Source: Hyphochytrium catenoides (lineage: Eukaryota > Protista > Hyphochytriomycota). Taken from it: a DNA stretch of 64,000 bases. The notes below the pieces were generated by a model that saw only the letters and a list, made by a program, of their open reading frames with translations, made no database searches and had not been told where the DNA came from. Positions 11,793 through 24,600 of this stretch are shown piece after piece. Position 1 is the first letter of the stretch. Each line of letters starts with the position of its first letter. The position numbers were made by a program, and so were the translations under genes. Location of the stretch: NCBI GenBank assembly GCA_900088475.1, contig FLMG01003321.1:32160-96159 (forward strand). The letters run 5' to 3'.

Positions 11793-11886
11793 TGGCGTAG
11801 TGGTAACCTAGCCTTTAATAGTAAGGTGTCATGTGAACTTGCGGCTAAAAGGAAGCGTCCGAGGGGAGGTCTGAGTTCGATCTCAC
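11793..11886 (+). other. Degenerate tRNA-like / Pol III A-box + B-box element (possible pseudo-tRNA or SINE head)
   Basis: TGGCGTAGTGGTAA (A-box/D-loop-like) at 11793 and AGGT-CTGAG-TTCGAT-CTCAC (T-arm/B-box-like) at 11867-11886. No acceptor-stem pairing. Confidence 0.3.
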
Positions 11887-13102
11887 GTCAATAACGGCTA
11901 TCACCCAAGCGAGGAATCCTTTCTCTCAATGAAGCTTTCATTTCCTGCTTCCTGCACTAAGTTACTGATATAGGTTTATATCTTTCAGACATCTATTGTG
12001 AAATGTTTCTGATTCGAGGAGTTGAAAGATCCGAAGACGGCCGAATCTTGGGACTTTGTGAAAAGTGAAAAGCCACAAAACACAAACCAAACGACGTGCC
12101 CGCGCATTATTTATTAGGACAGCGCATTCTGAAGACTCAATCAACAGCGAATTTTCCATTATAAAGGAAGGACAATCAGAGATCGCTGTTCTTCAAATCT
12201 CTACGGAGACTGGGTGTCCTCCTGTCCTCACCTTTCTTGCTGTCCTAGTTAAAGCAGCAGCCACAAGCCATCTCCTGTGTATACCGTAGTGATAGACTTG
12301 TGATAGGGATGGTCTCTGCTCTACCGGAGCGGACCGCCAAACAAGGACGGAGTTCATTGCTAAAGAGTAGTGGTTGAAGCGACAGCTGGGGATTGCCATA
12401 AACCTTGAATTATATGTTTCCAAGAAGTACCCGAGTGGGAGGAACAATGTAGGGCAACTGGGAATGCTGGCAAAAGCGGTATGGTTTAGGTTTTGAGGCC
12501 ATTCGGCCGCCTTTGTCTTCCTGTGGTGGCACTTGCTGGGATCGCACCAAATCGTTTGAAGAGATAGAGCAAGGAACACAATGGCTGGCTCATCTGCCGC
12601 GCAAAGAGCTGGCTATGTGCTGCATTGCACGTAGTCGTTAGCCATAATACTACCATCCTAGGCTACGATCTACTTCAATACCACTTCGGAGACACGGGGA
12701 GGTGCTCCTGTCACCACCTAGTAAAACTTATTTCCGGGGTGATAGTAACTGAAGGTATTATTAGTCTTTCTTTACTGAGAAGCAAAGCCCGAAGGCTTGG
12801 ACTGAACGTGATAAAGGCCCTGGTGCTGGCTGGTGTATAAATGCAGGATGTCCACTGCTCTGTACTGGTCCTCTTCTTCGTCTAGCAAAGTCCTTTACAT
12901 TGAGAGTGCCCCGATTAGATCGTAGAAATTTACCCTCGAGGCTAATATCTATGACCGCACCTTCTTAGCAGAGGCCCCAGTAAGCTAGTCCGGCCATGGG
13001 CAGTCTTCTCGCAGTAATCACGAAATCAAGCCCTTTGTCTTGAAGGTTTGTTCCCATCAAACCTGCTAGGCATGGTGCGCGGCCATCGCTAAGCCTCAAA
13101 AG

Positions 13103-14614
13103 CTAAGACAGAGAACCCTTAGGCTCTGCAGGTGAAGCCGTATTAGAAGGCCTCTGTTCCTTCACGCTACCAAAGACCCTACGATCATCACCATACGCTA
13201 GCTGTCCAGCCACAAAAGTAGCCAAGACTTCAAGCTTATCGTTCAGCAGCACAAGGTCGGCATCGGAGCCAGGCTCTAAGCTGCCCTTCTTCTTCTCGAT
13301 CCCCAAGGCACGTGCAGGCTGAAGACTAGCTGCTTCTAGTGCCTCCACAGTGCTACAGCCCGTCGACCTTCTGAACTCCCTTACACAATGATCCATCGAT
13401 ACCGCACTACCAGCCAGAGTTTGGGTCCCACTTATCACCGCACGACATCCATTTACCTCCACGTCGAGGTCACCTAACTTGTGCCTTCCACTAGGAAGCC
13501 CCATGGCTTGCATAGCATCGGTCACTAACACCAATCCCCCCGGATGCGCTTGGTAAGCAATCTTAACGGAAGAGGGATGAGTGTGAATTCCGTCGGCTAT
13601 GATGCCATAAAATGGTTGAGCTTCCTTGGTACCCAGGAGTCCCACCAACCCTGGATCTCGGTGATGGAAAGTAGGCATAGCATTAAACATGTGGGTGACC
13701 ATGCTTGCCCCTGCCTTGTACCCCGCAAGGGATTGGTCGAAGTTAGCCATAGAATGACCCATGGAGACTATGATTCCCCTCTTCGTCAGCTCTTTGATGG
13801 CTGATAGTGCGCCGTTGAGTTCTGGGGCTAAAGTAATAATCTTTACATTCTCCAAGCTTCCATAGCGCTCCACAATGCTTTCAATACCCTCAGATGGCGC
13901 TGCCACGTATTGCGGATTGTGAGCGCCTTTCTTCTCAGGACTCATAAAAGGCCCTTCCAGATGTAGTCCCAGTACAGAGGCGCCTACCGCCGCATCTCCT
14001 GTGTAACATGAAAGTTTGGGTAGAATCTTATGATATTTCTTCGCAGAGGATGATACGATAGTTGGGCAGAAGCTAGTCACCCCATACTTCAAGAGCCCTC
14101 TACCCACCGCCCTGAGATAGCTCTGGTCGCAGTCTGAATCACTGAAATCTACACCGAAGGCTCCATTCAATTGTATATCAATGAAGCCAGGAGCAATAAT
14201 GGCTCCTCTGCCATCCACAACAAGATCTGCCCGAAACTCTTGATGACTCGAGGAACGATAGAAGCGTCCCTGCGGGTCGATGATGACCCCGTTCTCAATC
14301 CAAAGGTCCTCCTTCACTAGCCTGTGACGGCGCAGGATCCGGCAATTCGTCATCTGTACCACGAACCGTCTATGGAGATCTCTTGGGGGCGTCCGGAGAG
14401 AGGCCAGCTGGTCAGATTTCAGGCCCTCCGCGTCCTCTGTCTCGTTTATCGCCTCAGCTGGGAGCACTATTCTCTGGCGCTTGATGTGTAACTCCCCTTT
14501 CTCCGAGGACCCCCTGCCGGCTGAGTGGAAGACGACCTTACTATCTAGCTTGACATTGGGGGTAGTCATAGGCATGTTGACTGGGGAACGCTGTGGTGAT
14601 AAAGGATGCTTCAT
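13103..14614 (-). CDS. nagA: N-acetylglucosamine-6-phosphate deacetylase (amidohydrolase), intronless, with a ~80-aa N-terminal extension
   Basis: PGFIDIQLNGAFGVDFS, GVTSFCPT, LGLHLEGPF..KKGAH, ITLAPE, SMGHS, THMFNAM..HHRDPG, IADGIHTHP, LVTDAM, TLAGS, GSLEPGSDADLV. Confidence 0.97.
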   Translation of the reverse strand: MKHPLSPQRSPVNMPMTTPNVKLDSKVVFHSAGRGSSEKGELHIKRQRIVLPAEAINETEDAEGLKSDQLASLRTPPRDLHRRFVVQMTNCRILRRHRLVKEDLWIENGVIIDPQGRFYRSSSHQEFRADLVVDGRGAIIAPGFIDIQLNGAFGVDFSDSDCDQSYLRAVGRGLLKYGVTSFCPTIVSSSAKKYHKILPKLSCYTGDAAVGASVLGLHLEGPFMSPEKKGAHNPQYVAAPSEGIESIVERYGSLENVKIITLAPELNGALSAIKELTKRGIIVSMGHSMANFDQSLAGYKAGASMVTHMFNAMPTFHHRDPGLVGLLGTKEAQPFYGIIADGIHTHPSSVKIAYQAHPGGLVLVTDAMQAMGLPSGRHKLGDLDVEVNGCRAVISGTQTLAGSAVSMDHCVREFRRSTGCSTVEALEAASLQPARALGIEKKKGSLEPGSDADLVLLNDKLEVLATFVAGQLAYGDDRRVFGSVKEQRPSNTASPAEPKGSLS

Positions 14615-15301
14615 CCTTCCCCCTTCGTTTCTTAAGTAATGGCCAACTGTTGGCAGAAAAGTAAACAGCCTTATGACTCCGTACTCGTTTACTCAGCAGA
14701 TAAGGGCTCAGAATTGTGGCGCGGGCTTCCATACCACCCTCCCACCAAACTAGACTATCAGAAGCTCCGCCTTGACCTGGAACGGTGTATGATTGTGGTG
14801 ACAATGCTCTGCTGCGTACCAACGTTGATGTGTTCAGCGATCTGGAAGTTCGTTCTCCCTGCTTTCTGACTGCAGGGGAGACGAAGCTTGAAGATGAAGA
14901 TTCTTCCCGTGATGCGGCGAAATCCGTTGTGGCATCTGGAACGAATCCTTCAAAGAAGTTTATATCTGTGAAATAAAACTCAGATATAGAATATATGAGC
15001 AACTAACGCAACATTCCTTTGAAGCTTTTAGAAAAGTGAAATGTGAAAGGGAGAAGGTTTGACTTGACATCTGGACATGTAATGGCTCCTGGGGGTTCCC
15101 TGAAATCTTAGTGGAGATCCATTGAGTTTCTCATCAGCTGCAGAATTTCAGAAGTCAGGAAACGTATCAGCAGCAGCATCTGTGACCTCATGGAATCGGG
15201 GACTGTGCCCCAGTGCGGCGGTGAATCTGCATTTCGAGGCGTCAGTCAACCAGAGGGAAGCTGCTAATACTGCCCTCGTAAGTGGGCGTCGGTCAAGGAC
15301 A

Positions 15302-17846
15302 ATGAGCACGGAGGAAGCCCTCCGGGACGAGCTCTATCTATGGCTGAAGCCATGGCCACAGGTGTTGAACCAACTCGACACTTTCATCATCTCACTGAAA
15401 AGGCGGTAAGGGTCCTTTACAGTGTCAATAGATGCCACATTCTTTCTGACGAAGCCACAGGAAGGTTGGAGGGGCTCAGACCGTGTCACGGCAAACCTTG
15501 GAGCTTCTAAGAGTTCTGGTAATGCTCCCTTTTCTCTGCCAAGCTGCCAGCTGCTCGATTGAACACACTCTACATTGCTCTTTATGTGTTCTTTATTCTT
15601 TACTCACCAAACCATTGGCGATTGCCCACAGGTCGGTACTACGAAGTGGAAGACTGCACGGGAATTACTGGAGAAGACTAGGGCTGTAGGGAAGCTCCTC
15701 ACCTATGCAAACCCCATGGGTAAGACGGGTTTGTTACACGCTTCTACCGACTGTCTCTGTCTCTTCCTATTGACTCTTTTATAATGGTCACGATCCCCAC
15801 ATCTTCCCGTTTATCCTAACATCCCATTAACCAGAACCATCTATCGGCAATGTCGTCCGCCGAGTGTTGTTTGTCATCAGAGAGGCCTATCATAACAGGG
15901 TGAGGGCGGTAAGTCCCCTTTTTCCAATGTGACCACATCTGTACCCGCTGTATATCTCAGCCTGCTCCTAGTTCTTTCTTGGACCTGCTTCTTTTGTAGC
16001 CTTAGCTGCTTGCACTCAGAGGCCAGCATCTGAATTCCTGTTTTGGTCAGTCGCTCTCTAGCTCCTCAGCTTTATCAACTCTACATCAAAGGTAATAAAT
16101 CTCGTGTTCACGCAGGTGAAGACAGAAGAACCCACTTCGGATCCGAGTCTTTCCGAGAGCATGCATCCATCACTGCAGACGCTTCTGGGGCCATCAGAGG
16201 ACACTGACTACTCCGTCCCTGTGAAAGACCTTCGTCCCCTCGTGATGGAGGGGATGGCAGAAGTAGTGGAGGACATTGAAGACTATCTACAGCCAATCTG
16301 CGACCAAGCCCTGGAGTTCATTCACGCGAGGTGAGGTGCGCACCAGAATGTCTCCAAGGCCCGAAGAAGGGTTAACGTTTGTAAATTATATCTGGGAGTT
16401 TCCCTCGTATCTGGCTGGACAGCGCCTTCTTATGTGTGATGCGCCACTTGGTTGGATGAATGGAAGAAACCCTGATATCTAAGCACATCCTATGTGTAGC
16501 GAGATTATTCTTACTTACGGAGGCTCTGCCACTGTGGAAGCCTTTCTAAAGGCTGCAGCAAAGAAGCGGAACTTCAAAGTCATCGTGGCAGAGGGTGCTC
16601 CTCGCTTCCGCGGACATGTAAGCGACAGTCGCTTGCTTCTTCTACAGTCATCATGCTTACGCTGGGTCAACTACGACTCCTGACATCCCGTTCAACCGTC
16701 CGTTTCTTCACACTATTCTCCTTACTTGGGCTCTCCGCTTGCAGGAAATGGCTAGATCTTTAGCCCTTAGCGGAATTGACTGCACTGTGATTAACGATAG
16801 CGCAGTTTTTGCCATGATGGCAAGAGTGAACAAGGTAGCAAGGACTCGGGATGGGGGTCGAGGTAGCGGGTGGTTCAGTGAGGGTGTTGGTACAGAACCT
16901 TGGCACGTCAGACCAGGAGTGAAGAGACGTCGTACTGAATATGTGTGCCTCGTGCCTGTGGCGGTAGCCAGACAGGCACGCGCTTGTGTTCTGCTATAAG
17001 GCAGGGAGGCCTGACACAGTCAGATAAGAAAACAGATAATAATGTCCCATTAGGGAAGGAGAGCTTGTAGGTCAACCGCTAGCGATGTAGCTCATGCCGT
17101 CTGCCGTGTCCCTCTTGCAGGTTATCATTGGCACCAAAGCTGTTATGGCCAATGGCGGTTTAATTGCTGAGGCAGGCATCAACATGGTAGGAATGGCAGC
17201 CAAGCAGTATTCAGTACCTCTTGTCTGTGTCACCGGCATCTTCAAGGTACGAAGTAGAAAGGATAATGGTACAAGATTTAATGTCATCGCTGATGGTTAC
17301 CTTGCCCTTGCCGCGATTCTCTGTAGCTCACTCCGCTATACCCCCATGACTGCGAGATCTTTAACAGTCTTTATGCCCCAAGCGAAGTCATCCCCTTCGA
17401 CCAACTTGATCACATTCTGCAGAAGGTAAACTGTCTACTCTTGCTCCTTTTCTTATCGCGATCTAGGTGTTGAATATAGCCCTTTGGGTGCCAGATCATT
17501 CAATGGACAGCTCAAGGAGAGCTCTGCAATTCAGTTTCCCTGTCTCAATCCCCATTGTCCCCCAACTTCGTACTCTCTCAGAGAGCAAAGTGGCACTATT
17601 TTTGCACTTCTCTCCCTCTTTGTTGTTAGTTGTTTGCGACCAGCTATGCAATCTTTGGCACTAATTTCTTGTACTTTCCTGGATCTATCGTCGCTGCAGG
17701 TTGATGTCATGAACCCTGCCTACGATTATGTGCCTCCTGAGCTTGTAGACCTCTTCATAGCAAACGTGGATTGTCACCAGCCCTCGCCATCATATATTTA
17801 TAGATTGCTCTCTGAGCTATACAACCAGCTAGACTACGTGTTATAA
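15302..17846 (+). CDS. EIF2B2: Translation initiation factor eIF2B beta subunit (multi-exon)
   Basis: LTYANPM|[77 protein letters not shown]|[31 protein letters not shown]|[34 protein letters not shown]. Confidence 0.95.
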
Positions 17847-18632
17847 ACATTAAGGAGAGAACTTGGAATATCCGGATGCATGAAGACACTGTCAACTGTC
17901 GGTAGACTTGCTACCTTGCCATCCCGCAGGACTTACTTTAGTCCATACGACAGCACTTCCTGCGTCAGGCGTCAGATGAATTGATCCAAAGGTTCTTAAT
18001 TAAGCTGAGACCGTCCAAGGCTCGCTACCTCAACCTGCCAAACACAGAGTAGCTACGACGGGGTATCTCATTTTTCTGTGCATCATATCATTGTCATAAG
18101 CGATTCCGCTCATCCATATGTGACAAGCCTATGGTCTGTAGACGGGAGAGTTAGGGCAATTACTAGACGGCGAATACGCTGATTGAGTATAGCTCCTGCG
18201 AACTGGCCAATTGCGTGGGAGCGGAAAGATATCGCCGCTGGCAAACCCTTAATTAGGTATCTCTTGTGTCTATGACGGTGCATGTCGCCTACAGAATATA
18301 ATGTAGCATTGTCTTAAGGTTTATATACTGGCACCCAGTTCTACGTACACAGTTCCGCCGCCCCGAGGACGGAAGGGTATCAACAATGATTACACTGCAC
18401 TGGGACATGTTGCGCTAGAGAACTGGCACAGGCGATCGGTACCTGTGCCAAGGTGTGGTCAAATCCCACCTTTGGTAAGGATTATTGCCATCATATAGTG
18501 ACCTTGGAACTTGTGACATCTTCTTATCTTAGCCCGTAGGTGTGGCGTCTGTTAGATCCTCTATGCTGTCAGAAGATCCCATGTGCGTGGCCAGGAGTCG
18601 CTACAATGCGATTATCAGTTGATGTTTGTTTT

Positions 18633-21600
18633 TTAACTCTCCAGGCCCACAAAAACCCCGTCGAGTGAAGGTGGTTCGGGGTCCCTCCCTTCCTCTCTTC
18701 TAGAGTGTGGCTGCGTTCCCTTTCCCTGCCTCGCTCTCTGACTAAAATCTTTCCCTTTCACTTGTCGTACCTCTGACTCTTCTTTCTGCAGCAGGCCCAT
18801 GAGAAGGAAGCGCTGTGTAATCCTGATGTGAACACTACCACTGCTGACTCCCTCCAGCTGGGCCCACGTTTCGATTGGGTCGCCTTCTCCCAAGGGATGC
18901 AACTTGATCTGTTGCGTTATCCAGCGTCAGATTGGTCATGTCTTCAATCCTGCAAATCAGGTTCCACATCTTCTCGATACTCTACTTTCTAGAACTAGGA
19001 TAGCCCTTAAGGGTCTCTCTGTGTACATACCTCCTCCATTATCACGCTTTGCCCCCCCCCCTCTCTCTCTCTTTCTCTTCTTCGATGCACTTGTCCATCT
19101 CCTTACCACGGTGCTCCCAAGGAATGGATCCTCGGTAAGTGAAGTCTTGCTATACAGATGGATTTCCACAGAAGTGGGTGGTCCAAAATCATAGAACCCA
19201 AAGGTGTCCGCTGCCCGTTGTCCCGTTGAAAGATAGCATTTCAAATTACCAGGTCCCAAAGGAATTGGAAAGCGGAACCGGAAGACGTCCTACCGACCAT
19301 GGAAAAAGTATTCATCGTTAACGGTGAGCAAGGGCCATCAAGAACGCGACTGAAAAATCTGAGTGGAAAAGAAGGGTGGCTCTCAGGATGACAGATTCTT
19401 GAAAAAAGCAAGAAGTGGTGATACTAGCTAAAAAGTATAGGGTGGCACGGCCATCGAGTCTCAATAGTCGATAGAAGTGAAAGGATCCCAGCAATGTCGG
19501 CAACACGGCTTTGTTGTTCAAGACTGTACAATCATTGCGGGGCGTATGGCAACCCTTGGCTGTCTACTGTGCCTTCCAGGTACCTTCTCTGTAGCCCATA
19601 CAGGAGAAACTGAGTTGTTGACAGTCCTAGAACGGCAGGTCCTCAAACTCCAAGTCTTGGGCAGTTGGTTAATGGCGCTTGTACCCAAATGAATAAAGGC
19701 ATAGGGATTGCTCTGTGGAGATCAAGGAAGAAAGGAGATGTGACAGTGCAAGTGGGTGGGGTGAGCCAAATCCACTAGCCCTAGTAAACGTCCAACCAGG
19801 ATTAACGGCCAGAGGGGGAGAAATGCTCGGCTGCAGGGCTGTTTGTTGGAGTTTGCAGGAACCAAGGCAAAAGCACTTATATAATGGCCGGACTGCTACC
19901 AATTTAAGATAGCAGGATAACCAAGCGAGACAGAAAGTTAAAGGAATGGCGTACCCCTGCCGTGAATATATTCGCTGAGACCAGGTTGGCCGCTTCAATG
20001 AGTTGGACCTGGCATGAGTGGACTGTCAATATCGCTTTCGCGTCAACAACCATTGTGGATTCTCTTTCTGTCCTTCACCCCTGCATACTTTATGACGGTG
20101 GATTCTTATCGCCCCTACTATGATCAAAGAGGAATATCTGGTGGCTACCTGAGCAAACGTCACCACCACTCCTTGCCTAGCTTACCTCAATGAGGCTAAT
20201 AAACCTATGAGATAGCCCCAGATGTCTAAAGAGCATGTTGCTTCGTAGGTGGTCGCATATCCCACGTAAGTAGGTGACCGAAGTTATAATCTCTCTGTCG
20301 CCTCCGGCACTCCTTCGCGGCCTGGGCTTGGAACCCTTGATTATACTTGGCATGAATGGGGAAGAAATGGTGGAAGGGGAAGGGGACTTTCTTCTGCTGG
20401 GCATAGCGACAGTGGTGGCTGAGGAGGTAGCCAGTGAAGAAGGACTTGAGGCCTGATTTTGGCTCTGCAGATACTCGATCTGTGTTTTCCCCATCCACTT
20501 AGTTGGGGCTGTACTGGTCAACCTGTGATACAAACGATTAGAGAGCGCAGCAGTGGCAGCTACCGCATCCATCCTACTCCGCCGCCCTCATTTCCGCCGT
20601 CGTCATTTCCACCGCCGACTACCAATCTTTTGCCTATGCCTTTGCGTCCTTATGGTCGAACGTGCGCGTATGAACGGCTCAATTTGCCCGTCCACTCCGG
20701 ACTGAACAAAGTATCAAAAAACATTTAGGAATAATATAGCAGCACAGGTATCCCCCTTTGCAATATCTCAACAGTAGGGCCCCTACCTCAAGGTAGCCGA
20801 TGCAGCCACCAGCCATGCTTCGCAGCGGAGCTCCGACCATAGAGCGAAGCTTGCGGTGCTCTGAGAAACAGCGAGGCACACGAAGGTGTCCTAACTTAGA
20901 GAGGTTCTATTCAGGTTCAAGAGTGATACAGACAGATAACACAAAGAAGTGGTAGTTGCAGGAAGATAAGATTAAATCAGCCAACTCGGCATCATGGAGC
21001 AGGATGCTCCGCCAACCTGCAGAACTTCCTTTGCTGCTGATGCGCACATATCTGGCTGTACCTCCCTGTACCAATGCCAACCAAGCTGGATCTCTGTCTG
21101 ACTTTTACCACCAAATATCAGACTGTTGGATAGATAATAGAAAATTAGGTTAGACTGGGACTGAGCCAGATAGAGTGGGTTCAACCAGCAACGATGATGA
21201 GAGACAGTTAGGTTGCTATCCTATCAAAGGCAGTCAAGCCCAAAGGAGTGTGCCGTTGAGCCTATTCAACTATTCCAAAGCAGGATGGACGGCAAGAAGC
21301 CACAGCTGTTGCGGAGTCTTACCTCGCCACATTATCCGTTGCCTCCACTTCCCATGGATGCACAAAGCAGTACACCTCGGCAAGGTCCACCTTCTGCGGC
21401 TTTTCTCCCGCTAATCCTCCAGATTGTAACTTCATGGTATCATGGCTCTTCTTATTGAGGTGGCGAACTTGTCCATCTTTTTCAAAGCTCTTTACTCTCG
21501 CCCAAGCTTCCCCCGCATTGGTATCAAGGCCATGAGCAACCAGCCACCGGCAGGCATCTCCGAGCCTGAAGCACTTAATCATAATGTGGTGATTCTTGCG

Positions 21601-24600
21601 GAGCTTCTGAGTTAGCTGGTAAACACCAGCAACCGGGTCCTAGCGATTGAGGTTAGATACTATGGGAATGTCACCCAGGAGGCCTCAGGCTAGCAATATT
21701 ATAAAAAAGGACGTACGGCAAACTAAGGCAGGGCTGAACTTTAAGACGTAGGCAAATGCTTAGAAGTGAAGAGATCCGGTCACTCTATGTGATGGTCCAA
21801 CAGAAAGTACAAACCTGCATTCGCAGCAATATCGCCATATTGTCGTCTATCACGTGATCGATCGACTTGGAAAGAGAACTGTCGGCAACCAGGTCTTCAA
21901 AGACCTCAAGGCTTGATCGCCGCTGCACGACTGGACGGCTCTTAGGTAGCTTTTGTGGATGTGTTGACGTCGGGGACTCTTCCGGACTACTTGTTGTTTT
22001 CTTGGACGTCTGCATCAGAGGTACCTCAGTGAAGTCTCACAGTCTCTCTAATGGTTCTCATAGTGTACCAGTAGTGTGCTTGGGGGTTGACTATTCGCCG
22101 CAGGTTTGTCCTCAGGGATCCCTTCAGAGACGAAATCGTAGCCGTAGTTGGAGAGCCTCCTCATGACTGCTCTGGGAACCGATTGCGTGGAAGGAAGCTG
22201 CCACACCGGCTGCATTTGCCGGCCTAGCAGGTCCATCTTTTCCAACAAATGGGACTCGAAGCTTCGAGCCCACCTGAAGAAGCGTAAACGTCAGAACGTA
22301 TAATTGTTTAGAGGAGAATGGGCTACTCTAGAGGAATAAACATGTGGCAAGCAACAAATGGTACATAACTCGTATGCGGGGACATGTGGACTCCTCCACC
22401 TGTCGCGTCAGCAGGTATGGGAATAGAAAGGTAGGACGTGGATGTTGTAGCAAAGTAGTAGAGAGCACGCTGCATGGCCAAGAGTAGCCCCAGAGCAGAG
22501 GAAGAAGCGAGGATCAGTTTCATACCTTTTGACTCCATTCATCATATCGTTGAGATTGACGTTGGAAGGAGGGGCAATGTATTGTAGGACAATACGTGGA
22601 GAGAGCCCTGGTGCACTGTCGCTCAAAGAAACATGGCCTTCGTTCCTATTAAATGGATGAAGAGCTCATCAATAACTTTTAACCCGATTGTCCTAAGAAG
22701 AGCAGTGACTCTATCTCACTTGTCTCTCTTTTGTTTGAACCACATGTCGGAGGCTGAGAGTACCGCATGGCCTAGAAAAACCACACGTGCCTCTAGTCCT
22801 TTATACCCATTGCGATGGTGACTTACGTTTTCTGGTCCTTTTCGGCCTCAGCTTGCATCCTTTCGAATAAGAGCGAATGCTGGCTGATAAGAGTCCTCAA
22901 TATCACAAGCTTCAGAACAGACTCGTAGAGCAGAGTAAGTTCGTTATGCGGTGTAGGACGAGCCAGTCCCACATTGGAACTGGAGCTCCACCATTCGGTT
23001 CCCAGGGCGTTAACTATTTTCTCAAAAAGCGGGGCGTTTGGGCTAGTTGAGCTCTTATGACAGCCTCCGGTCACACTTCCATGTGTTTCCTCTCCATTCG
23101 CCAGATTAGCTAATGAAAAGTCCTTGAGGGTCAGAGGGTTGTCCAGGAGAAGGCGGAAGAGCTCCCAGTGGCGACTAAGAGTTGCCAACAGGATAAGACC
23201 TTTTCGCACCGCAACCGCCATTTCAGCCGCCAGCATCAGGCTAAACCATTCATCCAAACTTGTTTGAAAGGACGAGAGATTACGGGGTTAGTAAAGAGGA
23301 AAGCTGCCGAAGTAATAGGCGCGATACTGAAGGGAAAACATAGGGTATCTGTACCACATTGAGAACGGCTATTGAAAGGAGACATACGCAAGTGCTGGAA
23401 ACTAGCAATTGGAGCCTCACCACTGTCCGTAGAAGCACTCCAAACACAGCTCTAGCTGGGCGATAGTTTGCAGGACCTCCAAGATATCTTCGGTGGACAA
23501 AGACCGTCCAGGCGCCACCTGATCGCACGCCTGCAGGGGCCTGCACGAGAGATACACCAAGAAGCATTCCGCCTCTACTCTCCTGTCCATGCAGCAAAGC
23601 AGGAGAAAGTATGGAAGGACATGCGCATCCCTAAGGTTGTAAAACACAAACGTAGTACGCCTGTTAGTCCAGGAGCAGCGCAACATGGGGCCCCCAAGCT
23701 CGCGAGTTAACTCTTATGCCAGCATTGGTGCTCTTGGACTACTATTCTTCCGCCTTGACAGCAAGCCCCTTGTACCCACAACCACTGCTCTTCTGAGGTA
23801 TTACTTGCTCGTCCTTGTATCGTTCTAAATCTCATGTTTTCCTCAGCCCTGTTATTCCTGGTACATTTCTTCTCTATTCTTCCCCTTAGTGTTTAGGTCT
23901 TACCGTTTTGGCTCTACCAGAGCTAATGCTGCTTCCAAGAGCTCCATCTTCTCTATTCCGCTAATAAGGGAAAGCGAACTGACCTCCCTCTCCACCAGGT
24001 CCAAAACTCCTCCTTCCTTATGTATCCTTTCTTTTAGTTCCTGGTTTACAGATGTGGGGCACCAGGAGAAGGGAAGGGATGGGGAGGCGGTTGCCACAAG
24101 TTCAACTAGCCGTATTGCAGCTGAGTGCTTGAGGAGAACACTTTGTAAGTGAGATCGAAAAGAGGTTGTTCCACTTTTAAGCCTTTCCCAGTACCACTGA
24201 GGGCCTTTCGAAACTTCCGCTATCTGCTGCACAGCCACCTTCTCATCTTCTCCATCTTTGGATCCTCCTCCTTCCATGCTTTCCCCTTCTGCTATCCATA
24301 GTTCACTCTTAGCACTGTGAGCACTGCCGGTACTCGATTTTCGCTCAAGCTGCCCAGGCACCGAGAACTCATCAAAAATGCTTGAGGAGGCTGGATTCAT
24401 CAAGCTTCCGAAGCTGCTTGTGGCAGTACTTCTTTCAATTTCTTGCTCTCTCCCTTCCCCTTCCTTCGACAATAGTGAAACTGGTGCGGCTGTAGGGCCC
24501 TTGCTGCCAGTATGGGAAACGAAAGACACCTCCTCAGCCATGCGGAAGTGTTCCAAGGCAATCGCAGGCAAACCAGTCCTGAAGAACTCCAAGCCAGCTG

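Noticed and set aside
11786-11895. Functional tRNA gene
   Set aside because: No acceptor stem, mismatched D-stem, 6-nt T-loop and no U33.
13103-14614. nagA as a bacterial HGT or contaminant because it is intronless
   Set aside because: Its motifs (IDIQLNGAFGVDFS, HHRDPGLVGLL, CSTVEALEAAS) are of the eukaryotic AMDHD2 type, and it sits among intron-rich genes of similar composition.
18410-18450. Helitron 3' end (hairpin + CTAG on the minus strand)
   Set aside because: CTAG is followed by C rather than T, the spacing is short, and no 5' TC end or Rep/helicase is seen.
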